Below are positions 1 through 7,391 of a stretch of DNA of 50,279 bases, piece by piece. A program made the translations under genes and the position numbers. The notes under the pieces are model-generated. The model made no database searches, was not told where the DNA came from, and worked only from the letters and a program-made list of their open reading frames with translations. Within the stretch, counting starts at the first letter, position 1; every line of letters starts with the position of its first letter. Location: the IMG/VR virus record IMGVR_UViG_3300027533_000005, positions 1 through 50,279 of that record. The stretch is one strand, 5' to 3'. This stretch comes from a virus.

Positions 1-127
1 GATCTTCATGGTGGGGGTAATTCAGACTGTGCGAGAAACCTTCGACCCCTCGTGCGCGCTTCCAGAGGTTCGGAGGAAGCCAAGCAGTCTGCGCCATCTC
101 AGGAGTCGCACCAATGAGTGCGCCTGC
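1..127. repeat. Terminal direct repeat copy 1 (identical to 50153..50279); circular-assembly overlap or short terminal redundancy
   Basis: Bases 1-127 (gatcttcatggtggggg...gagtgcgcctgc) read identically at 50153-50279. Confidence 0.9.
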
Positions 128-700
128 TCCAGCCGCAAGATACTTCTCTGGAACTAGATTGGTTGGATCAGTTACTACATCAAGACCAAGACCTAGCATC
201 CCACGCTGTACAGGGTTAGCTCCACTCAGTGTCTCTTCAGGGGCGCGCTTTGTAAATTCCTGTGACGCTGAAGTAGCTCCTAAGCCTGCTTCATATCCTG
301 ACTTGACACCTTTGAGACCTTCCCAGACTACATCAGACAGAGGCTTCTTCTCACTACCTGTACTGGTAGCGTCCATCAGTGCGCCAAACGCGCGCCCTCC
401 ACTTTCCTGAGTTGCACCAAGAGCGCCAGCTATTTTACCCCCAGTAGACTTAGCCTGTGTTTTGATTGGCTCAACAGCCGATCGACCGACTTGCTCTGCA
501 ATATCTAGAGGTGCGGGAATGTGCTCATACCAAGGCTTCTCGACTGCGGGAGGCGCCACAGGAAGATTTACGTCGCCACGCGTTACCTTGCGCGGACGAT
601 TCGGATCGGTTGCCTCAGAGTACCAGTCGCGCGCACCTGATAGTGCGCGAATCGCTCTGTCGTAGAGTCCGCCGTATCCGTAGTCCTCAGAGCCAGCCAT
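1..700 (-). CDS. 5' segment (201 codons, ATG at 700) of the junction-spanning ~1397-aa virion-associated ORF; continues as 50279..46659 (1..127 duplicates 50153..50279)
   Basis: I checked every minus-strand codon from 700 down to 98: no stop, in frame (603 nt) with the Met at 97 = 50249. The ATG at 700 overlaps the TAA of the upstream ORF (TAATG). Product is Gly/Ala-rich and protein-like (MAGSEDYGYGGLYDRAIRALSG...). Confidence 0.7.
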   Translation of the reverse strand, partial: MAGSEDYGYGGLYDRAIRALSGARDWYSEATDPNRPRKVTRGDVNLPVAPPAVEKPWYEHIPAPLDIAEQVGRSAVEPIKTQAKSTGGKIAGALGATQESGGRAFGALMDATSTGSEKKPLSDVVWEGLKGVKSGYEAGLGATSASQEFTKRAPEETLSGANPVQRGMLGLGLDVVTDPTNLVPEKYLAAGAGALIGATPEMAQTAWLPPNLWKRARGVEGFSHSLNYPHHED

Positions 701-969
701 TATTGTGGTAGTTTGCCAGCCTTGCTATATTCTTCCTGGACTTTCGTCCAGTATTCCTTCTGAGCGTCGGGGAATTGAGCTTTCTCTCTGGCCTCTGCCA
801 TCCGTCTTTTCTGTCCTATGGATAAGTTCTGTCTGAGAGGTTTCATCTCGGATTCATCAGAACCTGGACCCGAACTTTGAACCTGGCTCGTCGGTAAAAC
901 CCGAGCCAAAAGGATTGCGTATCCTTCTCGCTCCGACTTTAGCAACTGTTGGAGGTCCTCGATATGCAT
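700..969 (-). CDS. Small hypothetical protein (89 aa, start taken at internal Met after TerL stop)
   Basis: ORF track 700..1137. The upstream part overlaps TerL, so I used the Met at 969 (MHIEDLQQLL...). Stop overlaps the next start. Confidence 0.4.
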   Translation of the reverse strand: MHIEDLQQLLKSEREGYAILLARVLPTSQVQSSGPGSDESEMKPLRQNLSIGQKRRMAEAREKAQFPDAQKEYWTKVQEEYSKAGKLPQ

Positions 970-1051
970 CTTGTGCGCCGCGCACGCTGCACAGACGTTC
1001 GTTTGTAGAATATATGGCCTTTTGAACCAGGACATAAAACCTATAGCCACC

Positions 1052-2728
1052 TCAGTGAGCCACATAATGAGGATATCGGCCGCGCCGTGGACGTTTGTGA
1101 TACATCTTAACAGGACGGTCGAGTTGTTTCTTCTCACGGTCCAACTTTTCCATCCTACGGTAGAATCCAGTCTGATCTCCAGAGGTTTCTAGGTATTCCA
1201 GAACTCGGTTGAGCTTCTCTCGCTGGGCTGTTACGTTAATTGACTTCTCAATCCAGCGATGTACCTCTTTGATTAGGTATCTGGCCCCATCATAAGGGTC
1301 ATCTCCATCAAATTCCATGACGTCTTCCATTTTGACGTCGTCGTAGATACAAAGTGGGATGACATCCTCGAGCGCGCCAAGATTCTTGTCGACATAGTAC
1401 CGCGAATCCTTGAGAACTTTGAGTTTCGGGAGGTTATCTTCGGGAGGTTCCGGCTCGAACATAGCCGAATACTCGTTGAAGGCGATCTCTCCGTAGATTC
1501 TGAAGATTCTGGCCGCTGTTTCGACATTGTATCCGTCTTTTGGTAGAATCCTGGGAGGCTTTGGCTTCCATCTGAGGTATTCGTGCATCAACATCTTGCC
1601 GCTGATGCGATCATTGTCCGCCAAAGTCACCGGGAATCGTAATTCCACCCCAGTTGGATTCACGACGTCCATGAATTGCTGTAAAATCGAGAGTTGGTCC
1701 CCTTCTTTTCGCTTCGCGCTGGGATCGATCACCACTGAATCGATGATTTCGTCCTGTGATAGCCTTACGAAGTCAGAAGCCCACTCCACAATCTTGCGAT
1801 TCTGCTGTCCGTACTGACGATATATGAATGCTTGTCCATTTGGCGCGACTGCAGCCCACGCAATATACGTCATTGCACTGTGACCCCAATCGATTGCTGC
1901 GATCCTCGGCCAGAAAGCTGGAATCTTGAACGGCTCAACCAGATGGAGTGCGTTCTCTGGCTCTCCAGCGAAGTGCTCGAACCGCCATTCGTCGAAGACT
2001 TGCCCGGTGAATGTCCACCAATCACCCTCTAGCTTGGCTCTTTGCTCAGCGATGGGCAGCAAGCGAAGACGATTGATGTAATTCGGGTCAGCCTGCATCA
2101 AGAACGGATTATCCGTTAGCTTGGCAGGTATGAAGATCCTATATGATTGCGCTATTCTATCGTGGATCTTGGTGTATCCTCCCCTAGCAGGTTCGACAAA
2201 GCGACGGCGCACCCAAGCATGGCCGACGTTACCAGGGTTAGTAGCACTACGCACCACTGCAGGAAGAGTAGAATCCGCAGTACGACATCTTGACGTGAGA
2301 TAGACATACTGGAATTCTTCAAATGCCGTGAGCTCATCGAAGCCTATGTAGTTGTACTCCGCCGTGTCATGGCTTCTAGCATCTTCAGCTCTAAGCATAT
2401 AGCTGAACTGAATCCAGGCTCCCGACGGAAATGTCCAGCGATGTTTTGTGTCGTTGTAGGTTGCTCCGAAAAGTGGGTAGATGTCTCTCGATCTGGGGAT
2501 AAGAGATTCTTCCAGTTCTGGGAAGGTTCTCCTGAAGACGATTCCTTTGAAGGTGCCAAAATTGTACCAGCCTTTTACAATGGGCAGCATCAGGAGGATC
2601 TCTGACTTTCCTCCACCTGCCGCGCCCCCGTACATCGCCTCGAAGATCGAATCTGGAATACGGATGAAGTCTGTTTGCCTTTTGGAAGGCTCCCAGACCT
2701 TATTTCCGTTTACTACCTGAAAGGGCAT
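1052..2728 (-). CDS. terL: Terminase large subunit
   Basis: 558 aa. Walker A-like GGAAGGGKSE near the N-terminus, size and C-terminal nuclease-type acidic motifs, position at the head of the packaging/portal genes. Confidence 0.85.
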   Translation of the reverse strand: MPFQVVNGNKVWEPSKRQTDFIRIPDSIFEAMYGGAAGGGKSEILLMLPIVKGWYNFGTFKGIVFRRTFPELEESLIPRSRDIYPLFGATYNDTKHRWTFPSGAWIQFSYMLRAEDARSHDTAEYNYIGFDELTAFEEFQYVYLTSRCRTADSTLPAVVRSATNPGNVGHAWVRRRFVEPARGGYTKIHDRIAQSYRIFIPAKLTDNPFLMQADPNYINRLRLLPIAEQRAKLEGDWWTFTGQVFDEWRFEHFAGEPENALHLVEPFKIPAFWPRIAAIDWGHSAMTYIAWAAVAPNGQAFIYRQYGQQNRKIVEWASDFVRLSQDEIIDSVVIDPSAKRKEGDQLSILQQFMDVVNPTGVELRFPVTLADNDRISGKMLMHEYLRWKPKPPRILPKDGYNVETAARIFRIYGEIAFNEYSAMFEPEPPEDNLPKLKVLKDSRYYVDKNLGALEDVIPLCIYDDVKMEDVMEFDGDDPYDGARYLIKEVHRWIEKSINVTAQREKLNRVLEYLETSGDQTGFYRRMEKLDREKKQLDRPVKMYHKRPRRGRYPHYVAH

Positions 2729-2770
2729 CCTAATCTAACCTAACCTGGACCTATGATCTTCAATCGGCGG

Positions 2771-2995
2771 TCAGCCGATCTTGGCCGAGACTACGCCGCC
2801 CGCCGTGCTTCTGACAAACGCCGCGCCAGTCATAACACCACCCGGCGTCGCTCCTGCGAGCGCGGCCCACGTAGTTCCGTCAAAGGATACCTCGACCGCG
2901 CCAGGTGCAGCGAGGAAGCACGCCCTTGCAGGTAGAGCGTATGTCTGTCCAGCGACTAGAGTCGTCGGCGCTCCAGCAGGAATACTGTATGGCAT
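2771..2995 (-). CDS. Hypothetical small protein (74 aa, Ala/Gly-rich)
   Basis: ORF track. ATG overlaps the stop of the upstream small ORF (TAATG at 2993-2997). Confidence 0.45.
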   Translation of the reverse strand: MPYSIPAGAPTTLVAGQTYALPARACFLAAPGAVEVSFDGTTWAALAGATPGGVMTGAAFVRSTAGGVVSAKIG

Positions 2996-3144
2996 TACTT
3001 TTTACTCCACAGCTTTCTGTCTTTCTTCGGCGTGGCGCGCACGAACTCCTTCGCGACCGCAGAATCAATCTTCTGTGGACCTTTGAGTCCACCGTGCGCG
3101 GCGGCTTGCATGAAACGATACTGCTTTCCAGATACGGCTGGCAT
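2995..3144 (-). CDS. Small conserved-looking phage protein (49 aa; MPAVSGKQYRFMQAAAHGGLKGP...), DUF3008-like by memory
   Basis: Translated by hand (below the ORF-track size cut-off). ATG at 3144 lies 1 nt after the upstream stop; TAA at 2995-2997 overlaps the next ATG. Confidence 0.45.
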   Translation of the reverse strand: MPAVSGKQYRFMQAAAHGGLKGPQKIDSAVAKEFVRATPKKDRKLWSKK

Positions 3145-3145
3145 A

Positions 3146-3529
3146 TCAGAACCCCATCTTGGCTCGACGCATAGCTAGATTCTGAGCGATACGAGGATCA
3201 ACTTGATCTGGAGCTGGTGGCATGGGAGACTGCATCGACGGACCTTGAGGCGGACCTTGCTGACCCATCTGTTGATTTCGCATCATCGCAGCACGCTGTG
3301 CCAAACCTGGAACTTGACCTCCAAGCGTCGGGGGCGCGCCCATCCCACCCATTGGACGTGGCATCATGGGATTGCGCCCCGGCTGAGTTTGGTTCAAGCC
3401 GCGCGCCATTCCCGGAGGACGAAATCCCCCACCTTGCATCTGATTCTGCTGTCGGGGATTCTGCTGAGTCCTTTGCTTCTGCAGCGCAACAGACGGATCT
3501 CTGCCACCACCGTCGCCTGGAGGGAACAT
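3146..3529 (-). CDS. Low-complexity Gln/Gly/Pro/Met-rich protein (127 aa), probably disordered
   Basis: ORF track. AAGGAG Shine-Dalgarno 7 nt upstream of the ATG at 3529. Confidence 0.5.
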   Translation of the reverse strand: MFPPGDGGGRDPSVALQKQRTQQNPRQQNQMQGGGFRPPGMARGLNQTQPGRNPMMPRPMGGMGAPPTLGGQVPGLAQRAAMMRNQQMGQQGPPQGPSMQSPMPPAPDQVDPRIAQNLAMRRAKMGF

Positions 3530-3538
3530 GTTGACTCC

Positions 3539-3709
3539 TTACCTAAGTGGGATATCTGCGATGCCGAACGCACGAAGGAGGTAGAGGATGAGAAGGATTA
3601 TGATCACTACGCGAAGCACGATCTTGAATGGAGGGGACATCGGAACGTAGGCCTCTACTAAGTAGAGACCTACGCCCAATATCACGATAACCAATAGTAA
3701 GGTTATCAT
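3539..3709 (-). CDS. Small membrane protein, two predicted TM helices (56 aa; MITLLLVIVILGVGLYLVEA...VVIIILLILYLLRAFG...); holin-like candidate
   Basis: Translated by hand. It fills the gap between 3719 and 3529 and has strongly hydrophobic segments. Confidence 0.45.
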   Translation of the reverse strand: MITLLLVIVILGVGLYLVEAYVPMSPPFKIVLRVVIIILLILYLLRAFGIADIPLR

Positions 3710-3718
3710 GACTTCAAC

Positions 3719-4504
3719 CTATTTCGCTGGAAGCTGAGTTGCCTTCGGAACCTTGGACGCGTACTGTCCGCCACTGCTGAGTCCTGCTGCTCCTGGGGCA
3801 GAGCCAACGAGCCAAGTCGTTCCATCCCAGTATGCCTGTGACGCATCGCCCAGAACTACGTGCTCACCTACGAGCCATGCAGTCGTCGGACTAGCGGTAC
3901 AACCGCTGAGAGCGGCGAGGTCTGCCGGAGGTGCTGCGCCGCTCGGAGTGAAAGCGCCAGGCGCGCCCGAGGTCGCTCCCGTCGCAGTCACCACCTCTGG
4001 GGGAGGGGGTTCTGTGTCAAGAACCTCGATAGGAATCTCATTGGGAATCAAGGTAGCTGTGACAGAAGGATTCGCGGTGGGAGGACCCTCATCTGAGGTT
4101 ACTGCCATCCACGCCTGTGGATTCTCTGGATCGATTGCAAAGGCATCGATCATCTTCTGCTTGCGCGCGGCTTCAGCTTCTGACGCAAGGCGGCGATCTG
4201 TGATCTCTGCCTCGACACCTTCGTTCAGCGTGGTCTCTTCCTCTGGAGCGAGGACGCTGGATCTTCCATCGTCGCGTCGTCGCGCAAGCGCGCGCTCCTT
4301 CAGAGAAGCTCGAAGGGCGTCTTCGTACTGACCAAGCGAGTTCGATTCGACGTACAGTTCCTTCGTCGCTACGCCCTTGGCAACTCCTTTGACCATAAGG
4401 AGTACGTCGCCTGGGCCTGCTGTGAGTTCACCGTGCTTCGTCTTGACTAGCAGCGGCGTCGACAGGTTCACTCTGTCCTGGGTCGATGGTGTCGGATCGG
4501 GCAT
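3719..4504 (-). CDS. Hypothetical protein (261 aa)
   Basis: ORF track; co-directional in the tightly packed operon. Confidence 0.55.
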   Translation of the reverse strand: MPDPTPSTQDRVNLSTPLLVKTKHGELTAGPGDVLLMVKGVAKGVATKELYVESNSLGQYEDALRASLKERALARRRDDGRSSVLAPEEETTLNEGVEAEITDRRLASEAEAARKQKMIDAFAIDPENPQAWMAVTSDEGPPTANPSVTATLIPNEIPIEVLDTEPPPPEVVTATGATSGAPGAFTPSGAAPPADLAALSGCTASPTTAWLVGEHVVLGDASQAYWDGTTWLVGSAPGAAGLSSGGQYASKVPKATQLPAK

Positions 4505-4718
4505 CTGGTTTCTCCCTGATAACTAGCACGTTAAAAGCTTTGGGACCATTTGTGCCCTCCTCATAATCAAAGGTTACTTTGTCGTTCTCTTTAATGTTTC
4601 TAAAGGGAACTGAGTTACGTGAAACCTTTGACCAGTGCAGGAAGTAATCGCGTTCATCTTCACCCTCTACGAACGCGAAACCTTTTTCAAGAAATATCTT
4701 GCGAACATAACCATTCAT
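4428..4718 (-). CDS. Cold-shock-domain (CspA-like OB fold) protein
   Basis: MNGYVRKIFLEKGFAFVEGEDERDYFLHWSKV...: KGFAFV resembles RNP1 (KGFGFI) and YFLHW resembles RNP2. Start taken at the Met at 4718, directly after the upstream stop. Confidence 0.6.
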   Translation of the reverse strand: MNGYVRKIFLEKGFAFVEGEDERDYFLHWSKVSRNSVPFRNIKENDKVTFDYEEGTNGPKAFNVLVIREKPDARSDTIDPGQSEPVDAAASQDEAR

Positions 4719-4719
4719 T

Positions 4720-5412
4720 TTACCCCACCTCAATAGTCTCGTAAGTAGTCTCTTCCTTTGACTCTGGAGAAAACACAATAACCTGTGCGGCGTTGGTCTG
4801 CTCAGTGACGATAGTAGGCTTCGTAGCCGCCATGATGGACGCCAGGTTGCGCGCTATCAGTGATAGGTCCTTGGCGTCCTTGTTATCCAACTTGTCTGGG
4901 GTTATACCTGCCACGGCTGTGGAGAGTACACCAAGAACCTGGTCACGCACAACCAGGATGTTGTGGTCGATAGCCGCTGCTAATCCTGGGGATTCTGTCT
5001 CTGGACCGGTGCGCCCGTGGCTGTAGTGATGGGCCATCGTCGCATTAACGCCCCAGGACTTTGCTGCGTTGGCAGCAGTACCGAGGGCCGCGGCTGTACC
5101 GATGAGCTGCCTGAAGATCGGTGGGACGTTACCTTGTTGGGGGTAGCGACCACCACGTTCGTCGCTTGTCTTAAGGTGGCGTCTACCAGCGAGAATGGCG
5201 AGGCGGACGGCGTCATCTTCACTTGCATCGGTTGGGTTTTGCTGAACTGTTTCAAGAGCGACATCAACTGGCTTGATCTCTTCGATGATGACTGGGTTCT
5301 TGGTTGGCTCTGGCTTTATCAGCTCGGGCTTGGTCAATGGAATCTTCAGGCGACGAAGCAGATTGCTGTCCGAATTTACCCTTCGGTCTGCTTCTTCCTC
5401 ACTGATAAACAT
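4720..5412 (-). CDS. Hypothetical protein (230 aa), first gene of the leftward operon
   Basis: ORF track. AGGAG SD upstream of the ATG at 5412, about 30 nt downstream of a consensus promoter. Confidence 0.6.
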   Translation of the reverse strand: MFISEEEADRRVNSDSNLLRRLKIPLTKPELIKPEPTKNPVIIEEIKPVDVALETVQQNPTDASEDDAVRLAILAGRRHLKTSDERGGRYPQQGNVPPIFRQLIGTAAALGTAANAAKSWGVNATMAHHYSHGRTGPETESPGLAAAIDHNILVVRDQVLGVLSTAVAGITPDKLDNKDAKDLSLIARNLASIMAATKPTIVTEQTNAAQVIVFSPESKEETTYETIEVG

Positions 5413-5445
5413 TTTATGTCAGGCTCCTGAAGATGGCGTGGTCAA

Positions 5446-5474
5446 ATTGTAGCACACATCGGAAAACTTGTCAA
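5446..5474 (-). promoter_or_regulatory. Consensus sigma70-type promoter for the leftward (morphogenesis) operon
   Basis: Minus strand reads TTGACA-17 nt-TACAAT with a TGc extended -10 (plus-strand tgtcaa 5469-5474, attgta 5446-5451). Confidence 0.7.
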
Positions 5475-5513
5475 GCAAATTCGTTAAGTGCTTTGTTTTC
5501 AATGAGTTACAGC

Positions 5514-5538
5514 CAGCCGTTCAGCAAGTGAACAGCTA
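5514..5538. repeat. 25-bp palindrome family member 1 (cAGCCGTTCA-gcaag-TGAACAGCTA), intergenic
   Basis: Read directly; matches consensus TAGCTGTTCA-N5-TGAACAGCTA. Confidence 0.8.
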
Positions 5539-5569
5539 AACCCTGGTTGTCATTTTATATAGTCTAATC

Positions 5570-5687
5570 TATGGGACCCGTCTTATATGGGACCCGTTAT
5601 CTAATTTCTTACTCAGGCTTGTTGTGTATAAATTCGTAGACAGGTAGTTGGTGGATAGCCTTAGCCCGTAGGGCGATATGGGACCCG
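5570..5687. repeat. Three direct copies of TATGGGACCCG (5570, 5586, 5677) in the divergent control region; iteron/operator candidates
   Basis: Exact 11-mer seen three times between the leftward and rightward promoters. Confidence 0.7.
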
Positions 5688-5775
5688 CGGAGCGGGACGG
5701 TATACCCCCGACTCGTCCGTGGGCATCGATTATCGATAATCATTGTCACGCGCAGCCCACCAAAAAATAGGGCAC

Positions 5776-5804
5776 TTGACAGAATACATATGCCATGCTA
5801 CAAT
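5776..5804 (+). promoter_or_regulatory. Consensus sigma70-type early promoter (rightward, first of tandem pair)
   Basis: TTGACA (5776-5781)-17 nt-TACAAT (5799-5804), TGc extended -10. Confidence 0.7.
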
Positions 5805-5853
5805 GTCTGTATGGTCGGTTGACGCACGGCGCGCACGGCGCAACGGTGCGCGC

Positions 5854-5882
5854 TTGACAAGCTACCGACGGTATGCTACAAT
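5854..5882 (+). promoter_or_regulatory. Consensus sigma70-type early promoter (rightward, second of tandem pair)
   Basis: TTGACA (5854-5859)-17 nt-TACAAT (5877-5882). Same gtatgcTACAAT context as the promoter at 11084. Confidence 0.7.
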
Positions 5883-5906
5883 GTATGTAGTTAAGGAGAC
5901 GCAAGC

Positions 5907-6026
5907 ATGGTGAGTGTAATTCGGATCGGGCGCACATGGCACATATTCGCGGGGGACGTGCATGTGCAAGGTGGATTTTTCTCTAAGGCCGCGGCAGTAG
6001 CGGCCAGCGTCGGACTAGTATTGTGA
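5907..6026 (+). CDS. Small early ORF (39 aa)
   Basis: AAGGAG SD 8 nt upstream of the ATG at 5907, about 20 nt after the predicted start of the 5854 promoter; translated by hand. Confidence 0.3.
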   Translation: MVSVIRIGRTWHIFAGDVHVQGGFFSKAAAVAASVGLVL

Positions 6027-6210
6027 GCATTACGCTCACCCGGAAGCAATACCGGTCGCTGCACTACAGCATATTGGACGGCATGTTACGTGCCGGGTAT
6101 AGCGTAGTGGTCAGAGGCTAGACTCACGACGAACGGTAAACACTCCGAAATGGTCCGATCCAAGTTATTGGACCATATGCGTGTCAGACACGCACTGATG
6201 AGGAGTAAAC

Positions 6211-6390
6211 ATGAAATTGCGTAACGGTCTGTATGACACGGTTTACGGTAACACCGCACTGTATAAGGGCGGTAAGACGGCGAAAGACCTAGACATGGGC
6301 GAACGCGTCCCGGTCGAGCTTCTCGAAGTGTCGACGTGGCGTCCCGAGGGTGTCAAGGTCGCACCAAACGGCGCACGGGTGATCGCGTAA
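6211..6390 (+). CDS. Small early ORF (59 aa; MKLRNGLYDTVYGNTALYKGGK...)
   Basis: GAGGAG SD upstream of the ATG at 6211; translated by hand to the TAA at 6388-6390. Confidence 0.4.
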   Translation: MKLRNGLYDTVYGNTALYKGGKTAKDLDMGERVPVELLEVSTWRPEGVKVAPNGARVIA

Positions 6391-6401
6391 TTCCTACATA
6401 C

Positions 6402-6429
6402 TTGCAATCGTTCGCCAGCGTGGTATAAT
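6402..6429 (+). promoter_or_regulatory. Sigma70-type promoter
   Basis: TTGCAA-16 nt-TATAAT with a TGg extended -10. Confidence 0.55.
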
Positions 6430-6484
6430 TACTGTGTTGGCGAACGGTGCAAGGCCAGAAACGAAAAAAAAGTTCTGGCGGGAC

Positions 6485-6513
6485 TTGCAAACGGCGGCGA
6501 ACGGTGGTATACT
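6485..6513 (+). promoter_or_regulatory. Sigma70-type promoter
   Basis: TTGCAA-17 nt-TATACT with a TGg extended -10; lies upstream of ORF 6580. Confidence 0.55.
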
Positions 6514-6579
6514 TAAAGGGTAGCAAGTTGGAACGGCGGCAACAAACGGAAAGCGCGGAAAGCGCAGTGGAGTTTCTAC

Positions 6580-7074
6580 ATGGCAAAGCGTGTTAAGGGT
6601 GAAAAGAAGGAAGTGGAACCGATTCTCATGGGCGGTTCTCTGGTTCTGGCGGACGAGATTGCGAAGCTTGAGGCTGAGCGTCCCGAGGTGTTCCGGCTGG
6701 TCGGCACCGGCCAGATCGTGGCGGACATTACCGCGGCGAAGCGCACGGTCGAAGGAAAGCCATACTCGAAGGAGTATCTGAGGCTTTGTCCCACGGACGG
6801 TCAGGGTGTTTTGGCGCTACAGCCCACTGAGACGACTTGGAAAGTCTCGGCGGACAAGGACGGTAAGGATACCTCCGACTTCGACGGCCCGTGTTGGGTG
6901 AAGGACTTTTTCTACGGGCACGACCTCGGCGTCAAGAATCGCGAGTCACAGCGTCTGGCGGTTCTGGTCGAAGGGCCGGACAAGGCGAAGCAAGCGGCGG
7001 CCAAGCAGCTCGCGAAAGCTTGGAACATCTCTGAGGACGAAGCGCTCAAGCGGATCGAGGCAATGGGCGCGTAA
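6580..7074 (+). CDS. Early hypothetical protein (164 aa)
   Basis: ORF track; GGAG SD upstream. Confidence 0.6.
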   Translation: MAKRVKGEKKEVEPILMGGSLVLADEIAKLEAERPEVFRLVGTGQIVADITAAKRTVEGKPYSKEYLRLCPTDGQGVLALQPTETTWKVSADKDGKDTSDFDGPCWVKDFFYGHDLGVKNRESQRLAVLVEGPDKAKQAAAKQLAKAWNISEDEALKRIEAMGA

Positions 7075-7089
7075 GGTTCTGGGCGGGAC

Positions 7090-7118
7090 TGCAAACCGCC
7101 CGATCCTTTCCTACACTG
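7090..7118 (+). promoter_or_regulatory. Weak sigma70-like promoter candidate (CTGCAA-17-TACACT) overlapping a GGGCGG/CCGCCC hairpin (7082-7102)
   Basis: The upstream module GTTCTGG(G)CGGGACT(T)GCAAAC is shared with the 6485 promoter. Confidence 0.3.
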
Positions 7119-7217
7119 GTCGACTATGCGACTGTAAACAGCCGAATAAGCATAGTGCGTCGGACTGCACCGTATGTGTGCAGTTCGGGACGGAAACCTT
7201 TTTTACTGGAGTTTACA

Positions 7218-7391
7218 ATGCCTGTTATTGGAGCACGCTACACGTATCTCGGACACTTCTATACGCCGATGGCGACGACCGAAGTAAACGGTCTCAAGTT
7301 CATTTCAGGGATCTGCGTGTGGGGCGGTCGACAGCGCTCTTTCACGATTGCGGCGGCTCGTTTCATGGCCGAAGCGAAGAGGGTCTCGTAA
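7218..7391 (+). CDS. Small early protein (57 aa)
   Basis: Internal Met of ORF 7155..7391 with a GGAG SD; stop overlaps the next ATG (TAATG). Confidence 0.45.
   Translation: MPVIGARYTYLGHFYTPMATTEVNGLKFISGICVWGGRQRSFTIAAARFMAEAKRVS

Noticed and set aside
114-711. Plus-strand ORFs 114..410, 462..665 and 466..711
   Set aside because: They are antisense shadows of the open minus-strand frame (700..98) that forms the N-terminus of the junction-spanning ORF. Their products are Arg/Ser/Pro-rich and not protein-like.
6096-6150. tRNA-like string GGGTATAGCGTAGTGGTCAGAGGCT
   Set aside because: It resembles a D-arm region superficially, but the stems do not pair and no T-loop or acceptor complement follows.
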